In this document: positions 56,032-63,979 of the stretch, in pieces | Position numbering within the stretch: position 1 is the first letter of the stretch | Layout: each line of letters opens with the position of its first letter | Origin: Candidatus Saccharimonadota bacterium | GTDB taxonomy: Bacteria; Patescibacteriota; Saccharimonadia; Saccharimonadales; JACDBH01 | Length of the DNA: 64,000 bases | Direction: 5' to 3' | NCBI GenBank assembly: GCA_028289135.1 | Contig: JAQGGW010000005.1 | Location: 139,219 to 203,218 of the forward strand | Notes under the pieces: generated by a model | What the model was told of the DNA's origin: nothing | Database searches by the model: none | The model's input: the letters and a program-made list of their open reading frames with translations, nothing else | Translations under genes and position numbers: made by a program

Positions 56032-56757
56032 TTACGCAACAGCGTAGGATACGCGGATTACGCCGTCTTTTTCTTTAATTTTTCTAATTGTTTCCTGCCC
56101 AATATCTTTAAGCTCAACAACGTGAGTGCCGCCGCACGGGACTCCAAAATCACCATACAAAACCACACGGCTTGGCTTATCTTTCGGTAAGAATTCTGGT
56201 ACGTGGCGGCACAGAGCAGCCATTTCGTCTTTTGAGACAAAACGGATCTCAGTTTTTATGTTCCGTGCAAGTATCTCGTTAATCTTGCTGCCAATTTTAT
56301 CAGCAACAGCTTCTGGAGTTTCTTCACCTAGAGTGCCAGAATACTCAACGTATGGCCCTTCAGGGAAATGAAAGCCTTTGCCGGGCGTCCAGGTATAGCC
56401 AAGTTCGTTTATAGCCATATCTACAACATGCCCGCCGGAATGAAGCCGCGTATTTAACGCTCGGCGTTCTGCATCCACTTTGCAAGACACGTCCTCGCCC
56501 TGCATAAACCGGCCTTTCTCAAAGTGTCCAATATGCGAAACAATGCCTTCTCCAAAGCGTACTTCTTCAACCACAAAAGTGGCATTGTCGTTAGAAATTG
56601 TGCCGTTGTCATAGGGCTGTCCGCCGCCTTGCGGGTAAAAAACTGTTTGGTCGAGCGTAACGACAACATTGCCGTCTTTATCTTCAACATCCTCAACATA
56701 AGCACTGCACTCAAGCAGCTGCATATCGGTCATATAAAGTAATTTTGTCGGTTCCAT
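56032..56757 (-). CDS. alaX: alanyl-tRNA editing protein AlaX-like (Thr/Ala-tRNA synthetase second additional domain)
   Basis: Zinc motifs RLHSGGHVVD and PCGGTHV. Start taken at MEPTKLLYMTD (56757) rather than the ORF-track 56802. Confidence 0.8.
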   Translation of the reverse strand: MEPTKLLYMTDMQLLECSAYVEDVEDKDGNVVVTLDQTVFYPQGGGQPYDNGTISNDNATFVVEEVRFGEGIVSHIGHFEKGRFMQGEDVSCKVDAERRALNTRLHSGGHVVDMAINELGYTWTPGKGFHFPEGPYVEYSGTLGEETPEAVADKIGSKINEILARNIKTEIRFVSKDEMAALCRHVPEFLPKDKPSRVVLYGDFGVPCGGTHVVELKDIGQETIRKIKEKDGVIRVSYAVA

Positions 56758-56832
56758 TTTTATCCTTCTCGTTAGTCTTAGTAATATATTAACAAAAAAC
56801 ATCTATAAACATTTAAATTTGTATATTAATAT

Positions 56833-57078
56833 CTAGTGAATCCAGGTTTCTTGTTCGGGAAGTACTTCGTCAGCTTTTAGCTGGTTTAGTCGTCCAAGTA
56901 TAGCGTTTCTCCCAATCCGTTGTGTGTGCAGGTTCGCCCTTTCAGCGGCTAATGCAACTTCGTCTATGGGCTTGTTAGCCAACACTTCTTTTACTGCCTC
57001 ACCGCCTAAATGCACGGCCATATTGGCAGCATAAAGCTCTCGTCCTACTTCTTCTATTTTCGGGTTTCCGTTATTCAT
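56833..57078 (-). CDS. hypothetical protein (81 aa)
   Basis: SD AGGAGA 7 nt upstream. Its translation-initiation region is near-identical to that of hisG. Confidence 0.5.
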   Translation of the reverse strand: MNNGNPKIEEVGRELYAANMAVHLGGEAVKEVLANKPIDEVALAAERANLHTQRIGRNAILGRLNQLKADEVLPEQETWIH

Positions 57079-57101
57079 TTCATTTCTCCTAAATTATTTA
57101 A

Positions 57102-57267
57102 AATAAAAAAGCCTCCTGGTTGGAGGCTTAAGGTTCGTTAGTTTGTGCTAAATTACAATGTAAAGTAAGCAATGCCTCCGTGGGTCGAAGACGTAAAGAA
57201 ATTGTTTAACTGGATTGAGACTGTTCTCATAGCGAGAAATAATAACATATACATTTTATAATAGCAA
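57102..57267 (-). promoter_or_regulatory. leaderless leader-ORF attenuator (Phe-Phe codons), minus strand
   Basis: Minus strand: TTGCTA (57267-57262), 17 nt, TATTAT (57244-57239). ATG at 57230 opens the 25-codon ORF MRTVSIQLNNFFTSSTHGGIAYFTL (to 57153). GGAGGC (57179-57174) competes with the terminator AAGCCTCC-AACCA-GGAGGCTT plus T-run (57129-57105). Confidence 0.5.
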
Positions 57268-57283
57268 ACACTATTTTTGTCGA

Positions 57284-57595
57284 ATGCTTATGCTCTGTAC
57301 GAAATACACCTTAGGAACTATACTATGTGTAATGTACAAGCTTGAGCATATCCGCGAAGAAGACTACTGGCTGTTTCCAATAGTATTTATCAACATCGTC
57401 TGCGTAGCCGTCGCTGTCTATGCTTCTGTCCTGATGTTCCGCGCCCCAGCCATAGTCCTAGGTTTCTTAGGCATATGGTTTACATCCTCAAAAGTACGGA
57501 AAGGCTACTCCGCCAAGCGTGCGCAGATTCATATTGGCCTAACACTGTTTTTTGGACTTCTTTTGGCATATGTTATTTATTTGTTGACAAATTAA
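57284..57595 (+). CDS. small membrane protein (two or three predicted TM helices)
   Basis: Hydrophobic stretches FPIVFINIVCVAVAVYASVLMF, IVLGFLGIWF and IGLTLFFGLLLAYVIYLL. Start uncertain (several ATGs). Confidence 0.5.
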   Translation: MLMLCTKYTLGTILCVMYKLEHIREEDYWLFPIVFINIVCVAVAVYASVLMFRAPAIVLGFLGIWFTSSKVRKGYSAKRAQIHIGLTLFFGLLLAYVIYLLTN

Positions 57596-57739
57596 AATAC
57601 GGAGTGTATATTAGACAAGTTATGAGAATTATTGCAAACGTATCATATTGGTTTACCGACACTGCTGTGGCGGTTTCTTCTGTGCGATAAAGCATAAATC
57701 AAAAGATAAGAAAACCAACCGCCACCAAGGCGGTTTTTT
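57584..57739 (+). promoter_or_regulatory. leaderless leader-ORF attenuator W1 (Trp codon)
   Basis: TTGACA (57584-57589), 17 nt, TATATT (57607-57612). ATG 57622 opens the 22-codon ORF MRIIANVSYWFTDTAVAVSSVR. X GTGGCGGTT (57667-57675), Y AACCGCCAC (57717-57725), Z GGCGGTT plus T-run (to 57739). Confidence 0.65.
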
Positions 57740-57760
57740 AATGCATAATAAGGAGTTAGT

Positions 57761-57931
57761 GTGAATACAGATCCAACAAAACAGCCAACAGACGAAGAGC
57801 TAGGAATGCCTACTGCCCTCTGGAATGCACAAGCCCTAGAAGGTGGAGTCAATATTGGAGATATTGTTGCCCTGGAGCGTCAAAGGAGAATGGCTTTACT
57901 TGAAGTTCAACAACAGGAAAGCACGATCTAA
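57761..57931 (+). CDS. hypothetical protein (56 aa)
   Basis: Below the ORF-track cutoff. GTG start 5 nt after AAGGAG. Its TAA overlaps the ATG of the next ORF (TAATG). Confidence 0.45.
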   Translation: MNTDPTKQPTDEELGMPTALWNAQALEGGVNIGDIVALERQRRMALLEVQQQESTI

Positions 57932-58227
57932 TGACAAGCGAGATGGGTAAGGTACCAAAGATTCCAACTGAACAAATTGAGAGGGCAACATGGATACGTA
58001 GCGACTTCCATAGGGTAGTTGGCCAATATGCGGATAGAATGGGCCATCCCGTTGAGAAAGCAGGCAGAATGCGGCTTGTACGCGATGAGCTACTTGTTTT
58101 GACAGGGCTTTTAATCGATCAAAGCAATCAAAACATTGAGGCTGAAGTAGCACGATTTGACCCCGACAGAGTATTTCCAGTAGTCGAAAGAAGAGAGTGT
58201 CCATATTTAGTAAAAAACGAAGGATAA
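57931..58227 (+). CDS. hypothetical protein (98 aa)
   Basis: Translationally coupled to the 56-aa ORF. No motif recognised. Confidence 0.5.
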   Translation: MTSEMGKVPKIPTEQIERATWIRSDFHRVVGQYADRMGHPVEKAGRMRLVRDELLVLTGLLIDQSNQNIEAEVARFDPDRVFPVVERRECPYLVKNEG

Positions 58228-58236
58228 GAAAATAAT

Positions 58237-58350
58237 ATGAAAACAACAGTTCAACAATTCATCTGGCGTTACCACCTAAAATGTTGGCGGTACTGATCGA
58301 ATTGCTCAGATTTTTTTAGAATTACCGCCAACATGGGCGGTTTTTAATTT
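58237..58350 (+). promoter_or_regulatory. leader-ORF attenuator W2 (Trp codons) upstream of the trpS operon
   Basis: 19-codon ORF MKTTVQQFIWRYHLKCWRY (58237-58296). X TGTTGGCGGTA (58282-58292) pairs over 11 bp with Y TACCGCCAACA (58323-58333). Terminator ACCGCC-AACATG-GGCGGT plus TTTTTAATTTTT (58324-58350). Confidence 0.65.
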
Positions 58351-58366
58351 TTAAAGGAGAAATGAA

Positions 58367-58621
58367 ATGAATTTACAAGAAGCAGGTCAATTATTACGAG
58401 CAAAGGGCATAGAAGTTGACCCTACTGATCCTCGTGACGTTATACAAATCGGTCTAGATATGGGTCATATAGGACTCAAGCATCGACTGACCGAATTAAC
58501 GGGCAGTTACGATCGTGCAGACATAGCAGCTATGCGAAGAGGTGGGCTTGTGGTGGAAGCTGTCGGCTTCGGCCAGGCGGTATATGAAGCAGTATTTATC
58601 GATCAAATTACCCAAATTTAA
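58367..58621 (+). CDS. hypothetical protein (84 aa)
   Basis: SD AAAGGAGA upstream. First ORF after attenuator W2. Confidence 0.5.
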   Translation: MNLQEAGQLLRAKGIEVDPTDPRDVIQIGLDMGHIGLKHRLTELTGSYDRADIAAMRRGGLVVEAVGFGQAVYEAVFIDQITQI

Positions 58622-58629
58622 GGAGTTAT

Positions 58630-59320
58630 ATGAAGAATAATAGAACAATTGGAATTATAGGTGGCATGGGTCCGCAGGCAGGCCTGTTTGCACATGAGTT
58701 AATTTTAGAGCATGCGAGGTCTCTTTGGGCCAGCAACCTTGCTAAATTTCCCTACCGTCGTTCATCTTACGCTGCCGGTTACAAACTTTTTTGCTAATCC
58801 TGAACACGCGCAGAAAGGAGTGGCGACGATATTCTCTGGGATCGAAAAGCATTCACTTGCAACTTGTGATGATGTTATTATAGCCTGCAATACTGCGCAT
58901 ATATTAGCCGAAGAGATCACAGATAAGACGAGGATCAAGCTACGATCGCTCATTGAACGAACGCATAAAGAAATAGTAGTAAGAGGACATAAAAGAGTTG
59001 GAATTATTGCCTCTCCCACCACTTTAAAGAAGCGGCTTTTTGCATTTTCGGGTGTTGATCTTGTGTTGCCTACTACAAAAGAAATAAATACCCTTGAACG
59101 CATTATAGGAGAAGTCATAAATGGCAAAAGTACTTCGGAAGTTAAAGAAGAAGTTGAAGAAATTGTAAGTAGGCTTTTTAGTCTCGGGGTAGATGCTGTA
59201 ATTCTTGGTTGTACAGAATTGGAAATGATACTTCGGGATAGCAAACATACGGATCTGATAAAACCACTTAATCTAACAATTAAGTCGATATTTGAAGGCA
59301 CAATAGAAAACGCAGAATAA
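58630..59320 (+). pseudogene. aspartate/glutamate racemase family gene with a +1 frameshift
   Basis: N-terminal MKNNRTIGIIGGMGPQAG... is in the frame of ATG 58630, which stops at 58797. The rest (NFPTVVHLTLP...IIACNTAH...ILGCTE) is in the frame of ORF 58712..59320. Confidence 0.75.
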
Positions 59321-59335
59321 GGTATACTGTATCTA

Positions 59336-60364
59336 ATGAGTAAAGAAGTAATCTTGACTGGCATTAGGGCGAATAATGACCTGACTTTGGGCAACTATTT
59401 TGGGGCGATTTTGCCTATTGTGGACATGGCTAAGAAGCGGGCAAATGAATATCAAATTAACTTGTTTGTACCTGATTTGCATAGTTTTACGACGCCAATC
59501 GATCATAGCCAGCTGCAAGAACAAATCATGCACAATCTGCGTTTGTTTGTTGCGGCTGGCTTACCGCTTAACCACCCAGATGTGCACATTTATAGGCAGA
59601 GTTATATTCCTGCTCATAGTGAGCTTGCATGGATTCTGGATTGCTTTACCGGTTTTGGAGAAATGAGTCGGATGATTGAATTTAAAGATAAATCGGCAAA
59701 ACTAGGTGAAGAACGGGTTGGCGTGGGGCTTTTTAATTACCCTGTTCTGATGGCGGCCGACATACTGCTCTACAATGCAACATATATACCTGTCGGAGAC
59801 GACCAAACCCAGCATCTTGAGTTTACCCGGGACATCGCAGAGCGCTTAAATACACGTTTTGGCGACCTATTTTCCGTGCCGTATCAGGTAAAAAAACAGC
59901 ATGAATTCTTTGGCAACGACCAAGGCTTGCGCATTAAGGACCTTCAAGATCCAACCAAAAAGATGAGCAAAAGTGACGAAACTGGCAAAGGTGTCATTTT
60001 CTTAGGTGACACTCCAGAGGTGGCTGCCAAAAAGATTATGAGCGCTACAACGGACTCCCTGGGAGTAATTAAGTTTGACTGGGCAGAACAACCCGGCATA
60101 ACCAATCTGTTGCAACTTCTTGCGCTGGCTACAGAACGCCCTCAAACAGAGGTAAATAAGCAATGGGAAGGCAAAACAGCATATGGTGAGCTCAAGAAAG
60201 CCGTTGCTGAAGCCATTACGGGCTTTTTGCAGGGGTTGCAGGGGCAGTTGGTTCTTGTGGACGATTCTGCGCTGCTGGCCAAGCTCGGCGCATCTGAAAA
60301 AGCTATGAATGAAGTTGCTAACAAAACACTCTATAAAGTCCAAAAAGCCGTCGGACTGCGCTAG
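59336..60364 (+). CDS. trpS: tryptophanyl-tRNA synthetase
   Basis: 342 aa. HIGH-region variant TLGNYFGA, KMSKS present (KKMSKSD). Confidence 0.93.
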   Translation: MSKEVILTGIRANNDLTLGNYFGAILPIVDMAKKRANEYQINLFVPDLHSFTTPIDHSQLQEQIMHNLRLFVAAGLPLNHPDVHIYRQSYIPAHSELAWILDCFTGFGEMSRMIEFKDKSAKLGEERVGVGLFNYPVLMAADILLYNATYIPVGDDQTQHLEFTRDIAERLNTRFGDLFSVPYQVKKQHEFFGNDQGLRIKDLQDPTKKMSKSDETGKGVIFLGDTPEVAAKKIMSATTDSLGVIKFDWAEQPGITNLLQLLALATERPQTEVNKQWEGKTAYGELKKAVAEAITGFLQGLQGQLVLVDDSALLAKLGASEKAMNEVANKTLYKVQKAVGLR

Positions 60365-60526
60365 GGCTTTTCCCCTAAGTAAATTATGAGACATAAAATG
60401 AGATATTTTCGAGACAAAATAGTTAAGGTGCGACAAAAGGTAGTAGATGCTACATTGCGAAGCGGCTTAGCTGTTTTGTCCGAAAATAGCCATTTTAGGG
60501 CCACAATCTTGCTTGGGGAGAAGCCC
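60364..60526. repeat. 163-nt whole-spacer imperfect palindrome (copy 3)
   Basis: Outer helix GGGCTTTTCCCCTAAG (60364-60379) / CTTGGGGAGAAGCCC (60512-60526): 15 bp, one G-U, one bulge. Nested helices TAAAATG/CATTTTA, TATTTTCG/CGAAAATA and GACAAAATAGTTAAG/CTTAGCTGTTTTGTC. Core CCGAAAATAGCCA at 60480-60492. Confidence 0.8.
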
Positions 60527-60528
60527 TG

Positions 60529-61395
60529 ATGCCGCGGCAATGGATCACCGTCACCGAAGAACTGGTCGGTAAAAGAACAGATAAGCTGATTGCCGACTAT
60601 TTTCCTTCATACCCTCGCGCCGCGCTGCACAAACTATTTGAAAGCGGCGATATTGAGATGAATGAAAAACCTGTTAAGCCAGGAATAAAAGTCCGGCTGG
60701 GTGATAATCTTCGTATTGATCTTTCGCCGCTTGATATAACGATTGAGGATATCGAACTGCCTATTTTGTATGAAGATGATGACGTTTTGGTTGTAAACAA
60801 GCCGGCGGGTATAATCTCCCATGCGCGAGGCAAGTATTTTGATGAGCCGTCGGTGGCGTCTTTTGTCCGTCAAAAAGTTGCTTCTTTAACGGGTGAGCGG
60901 AGCGGGATTGTTCATCGCCTTGACCGTGCGACTAGCGGTGTTATGGTCTGTGCCAAAAACCCTGAAAGTTTGAGCTGGCTGCAGCAGCAGTTTAGCGGCC
61001 GTAAAGTCCAAAAGACTTATATGGCGATTGTCGTCGGCAGTATGCCTACCGAAGAAGGGAAGATCGATATGCCGATTGCGCGCAACCCGGCCAAACCGGT
61101 GACATTTCATGTTGACCCGGGAGGTAAAGATTCGGTCACGAACTTTAAGGTCGTTTCAAGCCACAAGAACTACACTTTGCTTGAACTCAAACCAGTTACA
61201 GGGCGCACTCACCAGCTGCGCGTGCATTTGAGCCATCTTAAACATCCAATTGTTGGGGATGACCTTTATAGCGGCGAACCGGCTGAACGGCTCATGCTGC
61301 ATGCTTATTCTTTAGTTATTACTTTGCCTTCAAAAGAAGTGGTAACATTTGAAGCGCCTATCCCTGAGGAATTTAAAAAGTACACGGACGCCTGA
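60529..61395 (+). CDS. rluD: RluA-family pseudouridine synthase (RluD-like, S4 domain plus catalytic domain)
   Basis: 288 aa. Catalytic HRLDRATSGV. N-terminal S4-like segment. Confidence 0.82.
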   Translation: MPRQWITVTEELVGKRTDKLIADYFPSYPRAALHKLFESGDIEMNEKPVKPGIKVRLGDNLRIDLSPLDITIEDIELPILYEDDDVLVVNKPAGIISHARGKYFDEPSVASFVRQKVASLTGERSGIVHRLDRATSGVMVCAKNPESLSWLQQQFSGRKVQKTYMAIVVGSMPTEEGKIDMPIARNPAKPVTFHVDPGGKDSVTNFKVVSSHKNYTLLELKPVTGRTHQLRVHLSHLKHPIVGDDLYSGEPAERLMLHAYSLVITLPSKEVVTFEAPIPEEFKKYTDA

Positions 61396-62270
61396 TGTTC
61401 GAGGATTTACTTTTACACCCCAGAACCCGCACGCAGCTGGAACAGTTTGCAGCCAATCCTTCACATGGGTTAATTTTGATCGGGCCTGAGGGTTCAGGAA
61501 AAAAGACTTTAGCCCATGCTGTATCGGCCGTTTTGCTTAGCGTCGAGAATGACAAGCTTGCAAATCATCCATACTATTCTTTAACAAACCCAGACGACCC
61601 AAGCATCACAATCGACGAAATCCGTGCCTTGCAGCGCCTTCTAACACTTAAAACACCCAAAACTAATGACAACATCCGCCGCGTTCTGACCACAATAGAC
61701 GCTGGCCGGATGCGTTTTGAAGCCCAAAATGCCTTTTTAAAAAGCCTCGAAGAACCGCCAACCGACACATGCATTATATTGACAGTCGACGCTACTGGAG
61801 ATCTGTTAGAAACAATGTATTCTCGCGCCCAGAAGATCGATATTTTGCCTGTTTCCGAAGCTATGGCTAAAGAATATTACTCCAAAAAAGGAATAACATC
61901 GGTGGAACTTGCCAAAAACTATGCATTATCACAAGGCCAGGTTGGCTTATTGAGCTCATTATTGTCAGTTGATACAAATCATCCCCTTAAAGAATGGGTC
62001 GAGACTGCGAAAGGCCTCTTGGCGCAACCAGCTGGTGAGCGCATTATGCAGACCGATGTTTTAAGTAAGGACAAGCTGGGTGTGTTGCTACTTTTGAACG
62101 CTTTTGGCCGGATTGCCCACGCGGCCTTAACTTCAGCTGCAAAAACAAGCAATGCCAAGGCAATCGAAAGATGGAAAGACTCTCTTGAGGCTGTGCAGAA
62201 TGCGCACGAGGCCATGACCCACAACGCCAACACAAAGCTCATGCTCGACCACTTACTGCTATCAATCTAA
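61395..62270 (+). CDS. holB: DNA polymerase III delta' subunit-like AAA+ protein
   Basis: 291 aa. LILIGPEGSGKKTLA P-loop and SRAQ (SRC-like) motif. TGATG overlap with rluD. Confidence 0.75.
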   Translation: MFEDLLLHPRTRTQLEQFAANPSHGLILIGPEGSGKKTLAHAVSAVLLSVENDKLANHPYYSLTNPDDPSITIDEIRALQRLLTLKTPKTNDNIRRVLTTIDAGRMRFEAQNAFLKSLEEPPTDTCIILTVDATGDLLETMYSRAQKIDILPVSEAMAKEYYSKKGITSVELAKNYALSQGQVGLLSSLLSVDTNHPLKEWVETAKGLLAQPAGERIMQTDVLSKDKLGVLLLLNAFGRIAHAALTSAAKTSNAKAIERWKDSLEAVQNAHEAMTHNANTKLMLDHLLLSI

Positions 62271-62289
62271 GGATGATATACTATAGGCT

Positions 62290-62943
62290 ATGTTTGAACT
62301 CGTGTTTATCGCAGGATTTGGTTTTTTAGCTTTCCGTACAGCTAAGATACAAAGCACCGAACTCAGCGGCGTGTCGCAGCGCATTAGTGATCGCATGGGC
62401 AAGCTGTGGGACATCGCCCAGACTGGCATGCGCGAAAACCGCTTTTTGCGAGCCGAAAAGGCCCTCTTAACCATTCTTAAAATCGACCAAAAAAATGCCG
62501 CCGCCTATAACCGCCTTGGGATCTTGTACGCCAAGCAAAAAGAATACAAAGACGCGATCGACTGTTTTGAAATTGCCAGCAGCATCCAGCCAAGCGCTTC
62601 CTCACTTCATAACTTGGGGCTTATTTATTTTGAGACAGAAAATTATGATAAAGCTGCCCAGGCATTTGAAATGTCACTAAAGCTCGAAAGCAACCTTGCT
62701 GCCCGGCACATTGCCTATGCCAAAGTCCAAGAAAAGCTTGGCAACGAAAAACTTATGATTATTGAGCTAGAAAAAGCATCTGAGCTGGAACCAAATCCAG
62801 AGACCTTAGGATTATTACTGCGGGCATATGAAGCAAATGACATGCACGCCGAAGCAGATGTTATTAAGTCAAAACTCGACAAGCTAATCATGCCAGCCGG
62901 CAAACCTCGCCGCGTTTTAAGGCCGCGTAAAGTCGTAATCTGA
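62290..62943 (+). CDS. TPR-repeat protein with N-terminal membrane anchor
   Basis: 217 aa. Repeated A..Y..LG..Y....Y..A...F..A pattern. Confidence 0.7.
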   Translation: MFELVFIAGFGFLAFRTAKIQSTELSGVSQRISDRMGKLWDIAQTGMRENRFLRAEKALLTILKIDQKNAAAYNRLGILYAKQKEYKDAIDCFEIASSIQPSASSLHNLGLIYFETENYDKAAQAFEMSLKLESNLAARHIAYAKVQEKLGNEKLMIIELEKASELEPNPETLGLLLRAYEANDMHAEADVIKSKLDKLIMPAGKPRRVLRPRKVVI

Positions 62944-62947
62944 CATC

Positions 62948-63940
62948 ATGGCAGAAGAAAAAGCATCTGCGGGCTCGGTTCATTATATGCAGACGGATGC
63001 TTGGGCGGCTGTTAAAGCGGATTATGGTTGGCCATCCGATTCATTGACTTGCGAACTAGTAAATAGCGGCATACTTCGTATCTACAAACGCTCTGTTCCA
63101 GGTGTCGGAAAACTTTTTTACAGCCCTGGCGTGGCAGGCATAACAGCGCTGTCTGCTCCAATGTTTACGCAGCAACTTAAAAAACAATACAAAAGACGTG
63201 GATTTGGTGTGCGTTTGGAATTAAACCAGGCATTTGACGATGAATTATTAACTTCGCTTAAACAAGCCGGTTGGCGCAAAGCCCAGAGCCATGTCCAGTA
63301 CCGTGACACGATAGTGGTTGACCTTAGCCAGAGCGAAGACGATGTTTGGATGAGTTTAAAGTCACGCGGGCGTTATGAAATTTTGCAGGCCCAAAAGTTT
63401 GGCGTGGAAGCTTTGGAAGTTGAACCAACAGATGAAAACCTTAATAAAATGTATGATCTTTTGCAGACAACATCCACTCGCAACAAGTTTTATATACGGG
63501 ACAAAAAGTTTACTATGGATTATTGGCGCCAATTTAGCGAAAAGGGAATGTTACGGCTGTTTTTTGCAACTCATGAAGGTGATCTTTTGGCCGGCGCGAC
63601 AATTATTGTTAACAAAGACCAGGCTTGGTATAAGGAAGGCGGTTCAGTCCGGGACAAATCACACATGATGGCAGCACGCTCTTTGCAATGGGAAGTTATG
63701 AAAGCATTAAAGAAGGCCGGCGTAATGACATATGACCTTGGCGGGATTCCAGCGCCAAGCAGCCAGCAAACCAGCTCCATGCACGGTATATACGTTTTTA
63801 AATCAGCCTTTTCTAAACAAACTGTTGAGCTTATGCCAACACTTGAACTGCCATTGAGCGTACGCTATAAATTGTGGCCAAAAGCCGAAAAGCAATGGCT
63901 CCGAGCCTATAACCTGTTCGCGCACAGCCTTTGGTGGTAG
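62948..63940 (+). CDS. FemAB-family peptidoglycan interpeptide-bridge transferase-like protein
   Basis: 330 aa. Twin GNAT-like halves with FATHEGDLLAG and YKEGGS segments typical of FemX/MurM proteins. Confidence 0.75.
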   Translation: MAEEKASAGSVHYMQTDAWAAVKADYGWPSDSLTCELVNSGILRIYKRSVPGVGKLFYSPGVAGITALSAPMFTQQLKKQYKRRGFGVRLELNQAFDDELLTSLKQAGWRKAQSHVQYRDTIVVDLSQSEDDVWMSLKSRGRYEILQAQKFGVEALEVEPTDENLNKMYDLLQTTSTRNKFYIRDKKFTMDYWRQFSEKGMLRLFFATHEGDLLAGATIIVNKDQAWYKEGGSVRDKSHMMAARSLQWEVMKALKKAGVMTYDLGGIPAPSSQQTSSMHGIYVFKSAFSKQTVELMPTLELPLSVRYKLWPKAEKQWLRAYNLFAHSLWW

Positions 63941-63950
63941 GCTTATTTGG

Positions 63951-63979
63951 TTGAAAGAGACGGCCATATCTGTTAAAAT
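63951..63979 (+). promoter_or_regulatory. promoter TTGAAA-N17-TAAAAT (ATCTGTTAAAAT motif) at the window edge
   Basis: -35 at 63951-63956, -10 at 63974-63979. The transcript it drives runs off the window. Confidence 0.55.

Noticed and set aside
58762-59394. 210-aa minus-strand ORF that is longer than the racemase ORF it overlaps
   Set aside because: The plus strand carries unmistakable Asp/Glu-racemase motifs (GGMGP, CNTAH, GCTE). The antisense product is Ser/Ile-rich with no motif.
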